A stretch of DNA of 64,000 nucleotides. It comes from Camelus ferus. Taxonomy: Eukaryota. The translations under genes were made by a program, and so were the position numbers. Shown here piece by piece: positions 25,463-38,418 of the stretch (its first letter is position 1; the number at the start of each line of letters is the position of its first letter). Where the stretch lies: positions 96,350,001 to 96,414,000 of the forward strand of contig NC_045697.1 in assembly GCF_009834535.1 (NCBI RefSeq). The letters are read 5' to 3'. The notes under the pieces are model-generated. The model did not search any database, was not told the origin of the DNA, and saw only the letters and a list, made by a program, of their open reading frames with translations.

Positions 25463-27681
25463 CAGGCATCCATTATTTTATTGTGCTTTGTTTTATTGCA
25501 CTTCACAGATACTGTTTTTCACAAATTGAAGATTTATGGCAACGCTGCATCAAACTAGTCTATTGACTCTCTTTCTCCAACAGCATTTGCTCACTTCATG
25601 TCTCTGTGTCACATTTTAGTAATTCTCCCAATATTTCAACCCTTTTCATTATTATAATGTTTGTTATGGTGAACTATGATCAATGATCTTTGACATCACA
25701 TTGTAATTATTTGGGGGCAAACCACACCTATATGAGACATTGAACTTAATCCATAAATGCTGTGTGTGTTTTGACTGCTTTACTGACTTGCTCTTCCCCT
25801 GGTTTCTCTCCCTCTTCTCAGACCTCTCTATTCCCTAAGACATAATAATATTGAAATCGGGCTAATTAATAACCTTAATAATGGCCTCTAAGTGTTCAAG
25901 TAAAAGGAAGAGTTGCACAAATCTTGCTTTAAATCAAAAGTTAGACATAATTGGGCTTAGTGAAGAAGGCATGTCAGAGACAGAGATAGTCCAAAGGCTA
26001 GGACTCTTGTGCCAAACAATTACCCAAGTTCGTGAATGAAACTGTAAAATTCTTGAAGGAAATTAAAAGTGCTACTCCAGTGAACACACAAATGGTAAGA
26101 AAGCTAAACAGCTTTTTTGTTGATGTGGAGAAAGTTTTAGTGGTCTAGACAGAAAATCAAACTAGCCACAGCTTTCCCATAAACCAAAGTCTAATCCAGA
26201 GCAAGACCCTAGCTCTTTTCAATTCTATAAAGGCTGAGAGAGGTGAGGAAGCTACAGAAGAAAAGTTTGAAGCTAGCAGAGGTTTACGGAAGGAAGCCAT
26301 CTTTATAATGTAAAAGTGCAAAGTGGAGTGGCAAGTGCTGATGGAGATACTGCAGCAAGTTGTCCAGAAGATCTGAGATAATTAATGAAGGTGGCTACAC
26401 TAAAAAATGGATTTTTAGTGCTGATAAAACAGCCCTCTATTGGAAGAAGATGCCAACTAGGACTTTTATAACTAGAGAGGAGAAGTCAATTTCTGGCTTC
26501 AAAGGACAGGCTGATTCTCTTGTTAGGGGCTAATGCAGCCAATGACTTTAAGTAGAAACCAATGTTCTCTTACCATTCCAAAAATCCTAGGACATTTAAG
26601 AATTATGCTAAATCTACTTTGCCAGTGCTCTACTAATGGAACAAGGAGCCTGGATGACAGCACATCTGTTTATAACATGGTTTACTGAATATTTTAAGCC
26701 CGCTGTTGAGACCTACTGCTCAGGAAGAAAGATTCCTTTCAAAATATTACTGCTAGTTGACAGTGCACCTAGTCACCCAAGAGCCCTGATGGAAGTGTAC
26801 AATGGGATTAATGTTGCTTTCACTGCTGCTAACACAATACCCATTTGCAGCCCATGAATCAAGGAGTCATTTCAATGTTCAATTCTTATTATTAAGAAAT
26901 ACATTTCATAAGCCTATATCTGCTGTAGATAGTGCTTCCTCTGATGGATCTTGGTAAAGCTAATTGAAAAGCTTATGAAAAGTATTCACCATCCTAGATG
27001 CTGTTAAGGACATTTGTGATTCATGGGAAGAGGTCAAAATATTAACGTTAATAAGAGTTTGGAAGAAGCTGATTCCAACCCTCATGGATGACTTTGAGGA
27101 ATTAAGGATTTAATGGAAGAAGTAACTGCAGCTGTGGTGAAAGTAGCAAGAAAGCTAGAATTAGAAGTGGAGTCTAGAGATGTTACTGAATTGCTGCAAT
27201 CTCATAATAAAATTTTAAAGGATGAGTTGCTTCTTATTGATAAACAAAGAAAATGGTTTTTGTAAGACATTCTACTGTGGGTAAAATGCTATCAAACAGA
27301 ATTGCATGCTACAGAGAAATCATTTATGAAAGGAAGAGTCTATCAATGTGGCAAATTCTATTATTATTTTAAGAAATTGCCACAGCCACCCCAGTCTTCA
27401 GTAACCACCCACACAAGGCAAGACCCTCCACCAGAAAAAAGATTGACTTGCTGAAGACTCAGCTTATGGTTAGCACTTTGTAGTGATAAAGTGTTTTAAA
27501 TTTAGGTACATATATATTTTTTTAGACACAATGCTTTTGCACACCTAAGAGACAATAGTGTAATGTAAATATAATTTTTATATGCACTGGGAAACCAAAA
27601 AGTTTGTGTGACTCACGTTATTGCAATATTTGCTTTATTGTAGTCTGGAACTGAACTTGCAATTTCTCTGAGGTATGCCTC
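25463..27681 (+). mobile_element. Tigger1 DNA transposon, near full length
   Basis: 5' CAGGCAT...ttttattg and 3' gaggtatgcct termini, TA at the right end, transposase remnants inside. Confidence 0.95.
25881..27470 (+). pseudogene. Disrupted Tigger1 (pogo-family) transposase
   Basis: Starts MASKCSSKRKSC; DDE-domain segment [47 protein letters not shown] (ORF 26636-26857); stops, frameshifts and a deletion near 27260. Confidence 0.9.
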
Positions 27682-28185
27682 TATAAAAAAGATGATTTTT
27701 AGATGATAGATAGATAGTATTTAGGAATTTCTGGTTCTTTTAATTTATGTTAGTGTCTCTAAAATTGCCCACATAATTGAAAGACTGAATCAACAAATTG
27801 GGCTTTAAGAATATTTATATTTAACTGAAAATTATGATGATAAGGATAAATAGCAATCAAACAGACCACACTTCTCAGAAATATTATATAACTAACCCCC
27901 CACCACCAAGACCCATGGATTTTATTTATAATCAGAATTTAAGGTACACATTACCAGCCTTAGAAATGTGAACTTAGAAAGTTGTTCATGTTTACAAATG
28001 AAAATTGTAATGAGAGATAACATTTACTGTCTCATATATGAAACACAAGAAATCTGTTGCTTTTCCAGTCTTAAATGATCTTATGGGATCACCTATGTAT
28101 TGAAAGATTATAATAAAATATTCATTTGCTTGCTTTTATCCATCTACATTCAAAAATAAAAACTAGCTTTAAAACAATAGCAATT

Positions 28186-28700
28186 AATGTCTATCAGCAG
28201 ATGGATGGATAAAGAAGATGTGGTATATACAAACAATGGAATACTACTCAACCATAAAAAGAATGGAATAATGCCATTTGCAGCAGCATGGATGGACCTA
28301 GATATTACCATACTAAGTGAAGTAAGTCAGACAGAAAAAGAGAAATATATGATATCACTTATATGTGGAATCTAAAAAAAAATGATACAAATGAACTTAT
28401 TTACAAAACAGAAATAGACTTGCCACAAAAAACAAACTTATGGTTACCAAAGAGAAAAGGGGTAGGGGAGATGAATTTGGAATTTGGGATTACGCACGAC
28501 TATATATAAAACAACAAGGACCTAATGTATAGTGTAGGGAATTATATTCAATATCTTGTAATAAACTATAATGGAAAAGAATCTGAAAAAGATTATATAT
28601 ATATATAAATAAATATATATATAACAATCACTGCTGTACACTTGAAATGTTGTAAACAATCTATACTTCAATTTAAAAAATTAAAAAAAATAAATAAACT
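28186..28700 (+). mobile_element. Cetartiodactyl L1 3' end
   Basis: ORF2 C-terminus IMPFAAAWMDLDITILSEVSQTEKEKY, 3' UTR and A-rich tail. Confidence 0.9.
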
Positions 28701-29725
28701 GGAAAAAATACTTTCTTTCCAAAGTCATTTTGCAGCTAATATCTATCTTCTGTTTAATCCAGTAGTGCTGTCTGGAAATTTGGGAAATTAAATATTTGTT
28801 TTCCACAAATAGATCCCAATCAGTACAAGTTTCTCAGAGACATGAAACATCAAACTTTGTTATTTGAAATACAAAAGTATTAATATGTTCAATAAAAATA
28901 AACAGGAAATTTTACCCTTCACCTGAGAGATAGGGTGGTGTGGTAAGGAGGGTCGCACATGCCAATATTCACTTTTTAATTGTATGAGCCTTTGCTCTAA
29001 GTGCCCACAATGAAGAGCACCCTTGACTCCTGCTAACTTTCCTTCAGCTATTGTTGGCTTATTATATTTCTTTATACATGGCTATTGGCAGAAACAGACA
29101 TAACATTTTAACATGCATTGAGTCAGCTTCAAGCATTTTAATTGGCTTAAAACTGTTGGTAGCATCTTTTGCTGTATTAATTTATTGCTTTAGCTTCAGT
29201 CAACTGAAACCTTTGCCAGATGGTAGTGCAACCACTGCATACAGAACAGGAGATTGAAGGTATTTATATGATGCAAATGCCTCTTTTTCATTAAGTATTC
29301 ATGAACTTTCTCTTAATGATTATATTGAAAAAGTACCACAAAGGTTGAGATTCATGCCTTGTGAAAATTAATAATCTAATTTTCCAAAGTGACAGTTTTA
29401 TTTAAATATGATGAAAGACATAGTTTTTGAGCCGATACTAACAATTGTAAAGGAAGAGTATCCTTTTGATGGTTTTGCTTTGTTCACATTCAGTGAAATT
29501 CAAAAGTGGCAGCCTTAAACATAAACGCCTGTCATAGCATGGAATAAGAGAGCATAGTATTTGTTTATGCTTTAACTTTAAAGGATTACATGTTTATTAA
29601 TTTAATTATCGAAAACACACTATGCAGTAGTTAATGGTAGTCAGTGTTGCTCACAATAGCATTAGTTTCAGATTTTTTCAATAAAAAAGTTATTGTCAGG
29701 TAAAATCTGACACGCTAAAATCACA

Positions 29726-29726
<1 letters not shown>

Positions 29727-29762
<36 letters not shown>
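29727..29762. repeat. (CA)18 microsatellite
   Basis: Read directly from the sequence. Confidence 0.95.
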
Positions 29763-29765
<3 letters not shown>

Positions 29766-30939
29766 CACCAAAATAACATTAAAGTTATTTTTAATTTCAA
29801 TCAAAATTGTGTCGCTTTTAGAGTCTATTGCTCAAGACTGCACATAAGCAACTTAAATGCATATTGTATTGGTAGCGCTTAAGGGAAGCAGACTGTGCTT
29901 CTGAACACCTTACCTGCTGAAAACAAATCTACTCATCATCAAAAAGGCAAAATATGTTTACAAAAATGGTCTACATCCATATTTATGTACCCAGATGGCC
30001 AGGGTCAGAATACTCGTGACCAAAGTTCTACCTAAATATTGCAAACATTTGTGCACCCATCAGTTTTTATTGTCTAAAAATATGTGTCTTTATGATATGG
30101 TCCATTAACTGTACATAGAGCAGCGCTGCTGGGATCTCTGCCCAGAGGCAGAAACTTATCTCAGGATACGTGCTTATAGGTAGTTGCACCTATAAGCTTC
30201 GCCTTGTCAGGAGGAAAAATAGGACAAAATACTTCAAACACAAATTTATTTCCAGGAACCCAAAGAAACAAGTAAAGTTATACTTTATAATAATGAATCA
30301 TTATAAATTTAAAAAACAGCAGCATGGTATTATATATAAATTACACTAAAATAAGAACACAGATTTATGGATAAAAATTTATATTATTGAGAAAAAGAGG
30401 AAGTGAGGGAGAGAGAGAGTGAAAGGAGAAGTAGGGGTATATCTGAGAGAAGATGTTTTACAAAATTCATAAATTTTACAGGGTCATAATTTCAAACTAA
30501 ACTTGATCTTTTAGCTAGAGAGTTCACTTATCCTTAGTCAAGCATGACATGTTTTGAAGTAAAATGCCTGTCTGACTTAATACTCAAAAGATCTAGTCAT
30601 TCTTATTAATATTACTTGTATGTTTTCAAATCCCAAGTAATTTATAAAGCAAATAAAAATACATCATATTATTCTATGCATTTTCCTTTCTTCTTCTGCT
30701 TCTGCTGTCTGCCAACAATGACATCCTAGAAGCCTCTGAAACTCTAAAGCATTTGAAAATAATTTATAAACTATAAAGTGTGTAAAATCTTTTCCTTCTA
30801 ATACTCATTGTTTTCAAGCTTCCCAGTTTGTTTGCATTTTGTAAAATCCTGTTAGGCTACTGTGTGACAAAGAATTACAACTCTGTAACTCACAACATCG
30901 AAGTTTCACAAAATCATTTTTGTTTATCTTGTAATCAGT

Positions 30940-32300
30940 TCATTGAGCTATGAACTTTAGTAAAATAAAGTGCATAGATTTTTAAGTGTACAGATTAATG
31001 TGTATTGACAAATATATGCCTTTATTTAAGCACCACCCTAATCAAGATACATAAACTTTCAGTTATCCACAAAAGTTTCTTACACTATCTTTGAAGTCTA
31101 TCTTTCTAATCCTCAAACCCACACAACCACTGATTTGATATTTTTTAATCAAATCTTAGTTCTGTCTGGCCAGAACTTAATATTAACTAGAAAACATGCA
31201 GTGCATATTTTATTGGGTGTCAGACTTCTATCACTCAACCAAATTATATTCTTTATTTATGCTTCTAGAAAAGTAGTAGTTTGCTCCTTTAAATTGTTAG
31301 GTAGTATTCCATTGTATAAATATATCCATTTACCTGAAGATGGATAGTTATTTGCCAATTTTTAGTGACTATGTTTAAAGATACTGTGAACATTTCTGTG
31401 CATGTATGTTATTCCTTTGTAGTAAACACTTAGGAATGGAATTACTGGGTCATTTTTTAGGTGTATACTTAACTTTATAAGAAAGCATAAAACTGCTTTC
31501 CAAATTTTTATAAATAATTTTATACTCTTACATCCTCTAAAATACTTGGCATTATTTTCAATATTCCTGGTGAGCGGAAGTTGTATCTTATTGTGGTTTT
31601 AATTTTCATAGAGGCTAATCATGTTGAGTATCTTTTCATGGGCCATTTATAAGTTTTCTTTTTTGAAGTTTTTTTTTCCCCAAGTAATTCTGTATATTTA
31701 TCGGATTGTCGTTCTATTGATGATTTTCAATAAATTCTGGATACAGGATTTTATCAGATATTTATATGGCAACTATTGTACTTTTCTTTTTATTAATGAT
31801 CTTTTGAAAAACAGTTTTTAGTTTTGATGAGGTCTGATGCATTATTTCTGTTTCTTTTATTGTTAGTGCTTTTTGTGTCCCCAGATATTACCTTATTTTT
31901 TCTGAAATCTCTTTAATATACATTTAGCTATATGATCAATCTGAAGTTAATTTTTTGAACGATATGAAATACTGGTCCATACTTTTTTTTTACATATGTT
32001 GGATATTAGTCTACCTATCACCACTTGATGGAAAGTCTAATCTTTCCTTATTAAATTAGCTTAGCACATTTGTTTAAAAAAATTACCATATATTAAGTTT
32101 ATTCTGGATGCCCTTCTGTTCCATTAGTAGACTTGTCCGTGCTTTCACCATTAGTACACAGTAGCTTTGTAAGAAGTCTTGAAATTCAGTAGCAAAATTC
32201 TTCAACTCTATTCTTTCTCAAAAGTTTTTCAGCTATTATTTTCATGTATGTTTTAGAATCAGTTTATCAACTACTAGAAAAGAGAAACCTTGCTGAGAAC
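30940..32300 (-). mobile_element. Old L1 (L1ME/MB-like) 3' fragment
   Basis: ttttaagtgtacag...cttaggaatggaattactgggtca: reverse-complement L1 3' UTR/ORF2. Confidence 0.75.
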
Positions 32301-33559
32301 GTTGACTGGGAGATGAAAGGAAACAAATCTGTTCCTGGCTCAGGCAAATTAAAGTTTAGAAGGGGCTCAATTGCGCATGCTCAGTCCATTAAAAAAAAAA
32401 ATCATCAAACAGATGTCACTGATCCCACTGTGCCTTTTCATTGAAACCTGCCAAAAACAAATTGTACTTCTGTAATTTCTCTAGGTCAGACTTCTCTTTA
32501 GCCTTTTCGGTTGCTCTGACCTCTTTGGTGCCTTCTAACTTTTCTCCCTCTTTGGATCTCTTATATTTATTCTCATTTCATTTTTTTTCCCTCATTTCTC
32601 ATTTCATTTTTTTTCCTCATTTAATTTTTTGCCAAAAATGAATACCCATTTCTGGACTTACCTCCTGAGCCCCACTTTACAGTATGACCCAAATTCTTAC
32701 CTTCTTAATGCACCAAAATGAAGGAAAGAAATGTTCAATTCAGTTCTTAAACCCTGCTCTAGCTCCGTATTTTCTATTCTGATTGATTGTTTAAAAATTG
32801 TATACTGGTAATTATAAAATCATTTTTGTTTCTGTGCCTATTCCGAAGTATGTATCCTTATTTCTTTTGGTAATTTGTTTGTACCCAAATATCTTAGTGG
32901 GGGCATAGTTGGAGTCTGGAGGGAATATGATATCTTATTGAAGTTTGTGTGTTTATTTTTGAAGCCTAGAGGAGTTGAAAGTTTTCTTTTTCACTTTCTG
33001 TTAGATTCACTCTTCATCTGCTCTAAGAGTCTCAGTGTAGTGTTTCATATATAGCATCAAATATTCATAAACAAAAGTAACACGGTCGTCACAAAATCCT
33101 GACAGCATCAGCAACTGAGATACACAGTAATTTCAATCACATTATTTTCTTTTTTCTTTTTGTTTTTCATCTATATCTTCTCAACTCTTCACAGAGAAAA
33201 CCCTGTTACCCAAACAGTTGCTCAAGGATTAGAGCTATAACACTGAAACCAATTCTCACCAATAATCTGTTTGAACTTCATGGCTCACTTTGTCTCTCTG
33301 ATTAAGAAACAGATACAAAATATACAGCAAATACCATTACACCAATCACTTCTAAACTCCCTCCTTATAAAACATACAGTTAGGATTAACTACACATTCT
33401 TTTTTAAGTGTGACATGGGGTCCCAGTCACTCAAGATCAGAGTCAATCATATTTTTAAGGTAGCCAGAACTAATCTAATTACTGTATATAATTCCACAGA
33501 TGCTAAGCAGTGAATGAATAGTGGTTCAGTAAGCACAAAGCTTTGGAATTTGTTTCCCT

Positions 33560-33808
33560 GTATTGAGGGTAAATGCTCTCTCCGGATACCTTCAACTATG
33601 AAAATTCAAACTGAATATGAAGCCAATATCCACAGAGGGGCAACATGAGAACTGGAGGAAAATGAACCCAGATTCCAGATCAAATCATGCCTGTTTTCTG
33701 AACTACACATAGCCCTTTCAGTTGAATGACCCATTAAATCCTCTTGATTATTTGAGATGATTTGCTTGGGTTTTCTGTTAGTTGCTACTGAAAGCAGTCT
33801 AATTGGCA
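33560..33808 (+). mobile_element. MLT1K/L-like LTR fragment
   Basis: ccagatcaaatcatgcctg...ttgggttttctgttagttgctactgaaagcagtctaa. Confidence 0.6.
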
Positions 33809-34894
33809 GTGAATAGTAAATCAAAACACAGATAGCGTTGCTACCTATACCTCCTGTAGGAGAAAATGTAACCATGTTACAAGTAAAGAGTTAAACTAGG
33901 TACAAGTAAGAAGAATGATTCATTTAAAAGAGGGCAAGGAATAACTGAAAACACAGTCAATAAATTGAAGATTGTTTTTGGGAAAACTGTAGAAGATCTC
34001 AAATACCAGTCCAGTAAGGATGAACCTAAATATTTACATCAGCTTGTTCATTCATTTGTCAACAAATATTAATTGTGTACCAACCATGCGCAGACACTGT
34101 AGTAGAACCTGGGTATTGGCTTGCAAAGAGGCCCTACAATTCAACAATGCACATCTAATTTCATTATTCAACATCTAATTTCATTTCTTCTAAAAAGAAA
34201 CTAAGAAATGTCACTTATTCTAAGAAGAGACGTTTTTGCTAACCAGAATGACAAATGGAATTTATAGTTGAATTGTTAACTGACATTTTTAAAGCTCTTT
34301 TATGGATATTCCCTTGATGATTCAAAAGTTTTTAATAATCACTTTCTAATATTTATTTCTATTTTGAAATTCCTATTAATTAAAATTCTGAATTTTATTA
34401 GCATTATGATGATAGTTTAGAACGTATTTTTAATTTTAAGAAACTTGCCAAGTTTGTTATTTTAATAGTTTCTTTATATATTTGAAAAAAGGCAATTATA
34501 CCATAAACACAAAAAATGTTGTTATGCATAGGAATCTAATATTTTGACACTTTTTTTGAACTTCCATATTGCTATGTTAAATTATATCATTTAACATTAT
34601 GTGATGGAAATACTCTCATGGCATAAATAAATCAATTACTGGGAAATATGCTAAAGCATGTTTAGAGTTAGAAAGAACAGTTGGAAAAGTATGTCTTAGA
34701 CTGAAAATTTTTTTCTAGAATTAGTAGTAATATACTAAGAAAATTTATTTTTTATTAAACATTGTCATTAACCTTAAAACAGAAGGAAGTGTCTTTTCTC
34801 CACATTTCAAAAGACCAGATATATGACAACATATTTAAAAGGTATACTGATTTTTACCTCTGTAATTTTAATTCCCATCTATTTTAATATTTTT

Positions 34895-36340
34895 GCATTG
34901 AGATGACTTTAGATTCAATTGCATTTGTGAAAAAAAAAAAAATAGAGATCAGATATACCTTTCACCTAGTTTCCCCCAAAGATGTTATCTTGTGTAACTG
35001 TATTATAATATTATAGCTAATAAACTGACATTGATATAAGTCAGAGACCTGCTTTAGATTCCACCAGTTTTATATGCACTCACTCCTGTGTGTGTATGTG
35101 TGTGTTCCATATAATCTTACCATATATGTACATTCTTGTGATCACCAGCAAAGTCAGGATACAGTAGAGTTCTATCACAAGAATTCTTTCTACAACCATT
35201 TTATAGTTACAACAACCTCCTTGAACCCTGCCCCTGACCAATCACCTTACTCTGTTCTCCATCTTGTACTTTTGTCATTTCAAGCCTGTTATACAATTAA
35301 AATCATTTAGTATATAATCTTTTGAAATTGGCTTTTTTTCCCTTAACATAATTCCTGAGAGTCATTAAAGTTTTTGTGCATGAATTGATAGCTCTTTTTA
35401 AAAAATTATTACTGAGTAGTGTTTCGTGATTTAAATGCACCACAGTTTAAATATTCACTACTTTAAAAATATGTGAATTGTTTCCAGATATTGAGTGGGT
35501 ATAAGTTTTATTTCTCTGGGCTAAATGCACTGGAGTGCAGTTGCTCAGTCCCATGGTAGGCACATAATTAGTTTTGTAAGAAACTGTCATACCTTTTTCC
35601 ATAGCAGCTGTACATCATTTAGCATTCCTATCAGCCATGTATATACGAGGAGTCGTTTCTCTGCTTCCTTACCAGCGTTTTGTATTATCATCCTTTTTGA
35701 CTTTGTAAAAGGTGTATATTCATCTCACTGTGGTTTTAATTGACATTTTGCACATAAATGATGAAACTCTTTTTCATCTGTTTATTTTCTCTGTTGAAAC
35801 ATCTGTTCATATCTTTTGACCATTTTTGAATTCTATCTTTCTTTAATTGTTGAATGTGGAGAGCTCTTTATATATTTTAGATACAAGACTATTGTCAGAT
35901 ATATATGGCTTGTGAAAATTTTCTCTCAATTTCTAGTTTGTCTTTTCAATTTCTCCAGATGGTTTTTTGTAGAGCAAAAATTTTAATTTTGATGAGGTCC
36001 AGTATATATATTTTTCTTTTATGTGCCACTTTTTGATGCCAATTCTAAGAACTCTTCACCTAGACCCAGGCTGAAGGTTTCTTATCTTTATTTCTAAAAG
36101 GTATAGTGTTATCTTTTACATTTATGTCAGTGATTCATTTGTATAAGGTGTGAGTGTTTAGGTCAAAACCTTTGTTTCATTTCACTTTGTCTACGGATAT
36201 CTAATTTGTTTCAGTACTATTTGTTGAAATAATTACTATTCCTTCTCCACTGACCTGTGCTTTAACATCTTTGTCAAAGTTAGTTGTACTTATTTGTTAG
36301 GCTTTACTTGTGGGTTCTCTTCTCTTCCACTGATCTATAA
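34895..36340 (-). mobile_element. L1MC/MD-like 3' fragment
   Basis: cacctagtttcccccaaagatg...ctgacattgatata is an L1MC/MD 3' UTR motif. Confidence 0.75.
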
Positions 36341-38418
36341 ATAAATGAAGTAATAAGATTATAGAATAAGTATTTAAATATTCTTCAAAACATCATATGG
36401 AGTTTCTTTGATACCCAAAAGTTTAACATTCCAAGATCAATTGGCTCAGTATCATATTTGTTTGTTTTTACTCAGAGATGTGGTATACCATGTTGGAATT
36501 ACTGAGCCTACAGTTTGCTACTTCTTTGAAAGAAAGAATGTCAAAGAAGTTGGCAAACATATTTAAAGGGTACTATAATTTTAACAATGCTGTTATATAA
36601 TAGTTGATATAAATCAGTTCTAATTATATAATTATTGATTCCCATACCTATGTGCTGAGCATTCTTATTCCATCACTAACCCAGGTCTCCAGAGATTGGA
36701 AGTTGAAAAATTAAGGGAGAAAGCCAGTAAAGAAAACAAAATATCATTTCTTACTATTATTTTTGTACTCACGTAAAATTTTTATGTCAGATCAATTTAC
36801 TCGTAACTTCTATTTGATGTATTTTGTAAAATTAAATTCAAAAGAAGTTGAAAATCTATTTTAATTCTCTTCTTGGGAGTATATTATAGGTCTAATTGAA
36901 GTCTTTTGGGACTTTAGTGATTACACTCTCTTGGATAGAATTCGAGATTTACATATATGGTACTAAATTTCAGTTTCTACTGAGCAATATCACAGTGGTT
37001 TTCCCGGGTACATATGGCCACATTGCCCACATTTCTTTAAATGTAACTCACAAGAGGGAAGATAATATAGCTTTGGAGTTTCCTTTAACTTTCCTTTTTT
37101 TCACATTAATCTTTGCTTACAAGTTTGATCATCAGAAATAGTTTGTTTTAAAATTTGGTGCATATCTTCATGTTATAATTTTATCAACTTTTTTGCAGTT
37201 CACTATTGTAATATGTTAATGTGTCATTTAGTCTCATAACAGAACTTGTAATGAGCTATTTTGGACAATTAGGCTAGATGAAATCAGAGATAGAAAATAG
37301 AAAACAAAGTGAACTTGAAGTCTTTGGTACAGAGTACAATTGTGTAGATATAATAAATCTCCTTGAGTGCTTTGAAGTTTTCTGATTGCAGAATTAATAG
37401 GTCCACCAGTAGTTGAAAAACCTACCACTACCTGATCTAAGACATACAATAAATTTACAATAATCAAGATAGTGTGGTATTAGTGAGAGGATCCACACAT
37501 GGATTAATGGAACAGTAGTAGATCAAAAATAGACTTAAAAATAATGTGAGAAATAGTTTTCTTCATTCATACTTATTATTTTGATTATACAGGGAAATAA
37601 TATTTTGGACATTGGTTTAAATAAAATATTAAAATTAAGTACTTTTAAATTTTAAATTTTGTTTGTTTGTTTTAAAATAATTATAGATATATAGGAAGTT
37701 TCAGAGACCCCATGTACTCTTCACTCAGTTTCTTCCAATGGTTACATCGCTGTGTAGTGCAATATCTAAACCAGGAAGTTGGCATTGGTACAATGTGTAT
37801 GAATAGTTCCAGTCATTTTATCAAATGGGTATATTCATGTTATCACCACTGCAATCAAGATGCAGTACTATTTCATCCTCACAAAGATCTCTCTCATGCT
37901 ACACATCATGATCACCTCTGCCCTCTTACCCCACTATCCCTAAATTCTGGCAATGACTGATTTGTTCTCCATCTCTATAATTTTATCATTTGAAAAATGT
38001 TACAAGGATGGAATCATACAGCATTTGAAATTTTGTGATTGGTTTTTTGTACTCATCCATTCAAGTTGTTATGTGTATCAATACTTCAGCCTTCATTACT
38101 GCTAAGTAGTTTCTGATGGGATGAACGTACCAGTTTGTTTAAGTTTGCCTATAGTAGGACATTTTGATTGCTTCCATTTTGGGGCTATTACAAATAAAAC
38201 TTATATGAACAATTATTTACAAGTTTTTGTGCAGACATGACTTCATTTTTCTAGAATAGATGCCCCCCCACCAAAGTGATGGCCACGCCATGTTGTACAT
38301 GTTTTACTTTTTTAAAGAAATTACACAATATTTTCCAGAATATCTGTATCATTGCACATGCCCAGCACTGAGAGATCCAGTTTCTCCACATTCTCGCCAG
38401 TATTTAGTATTGCCACTG

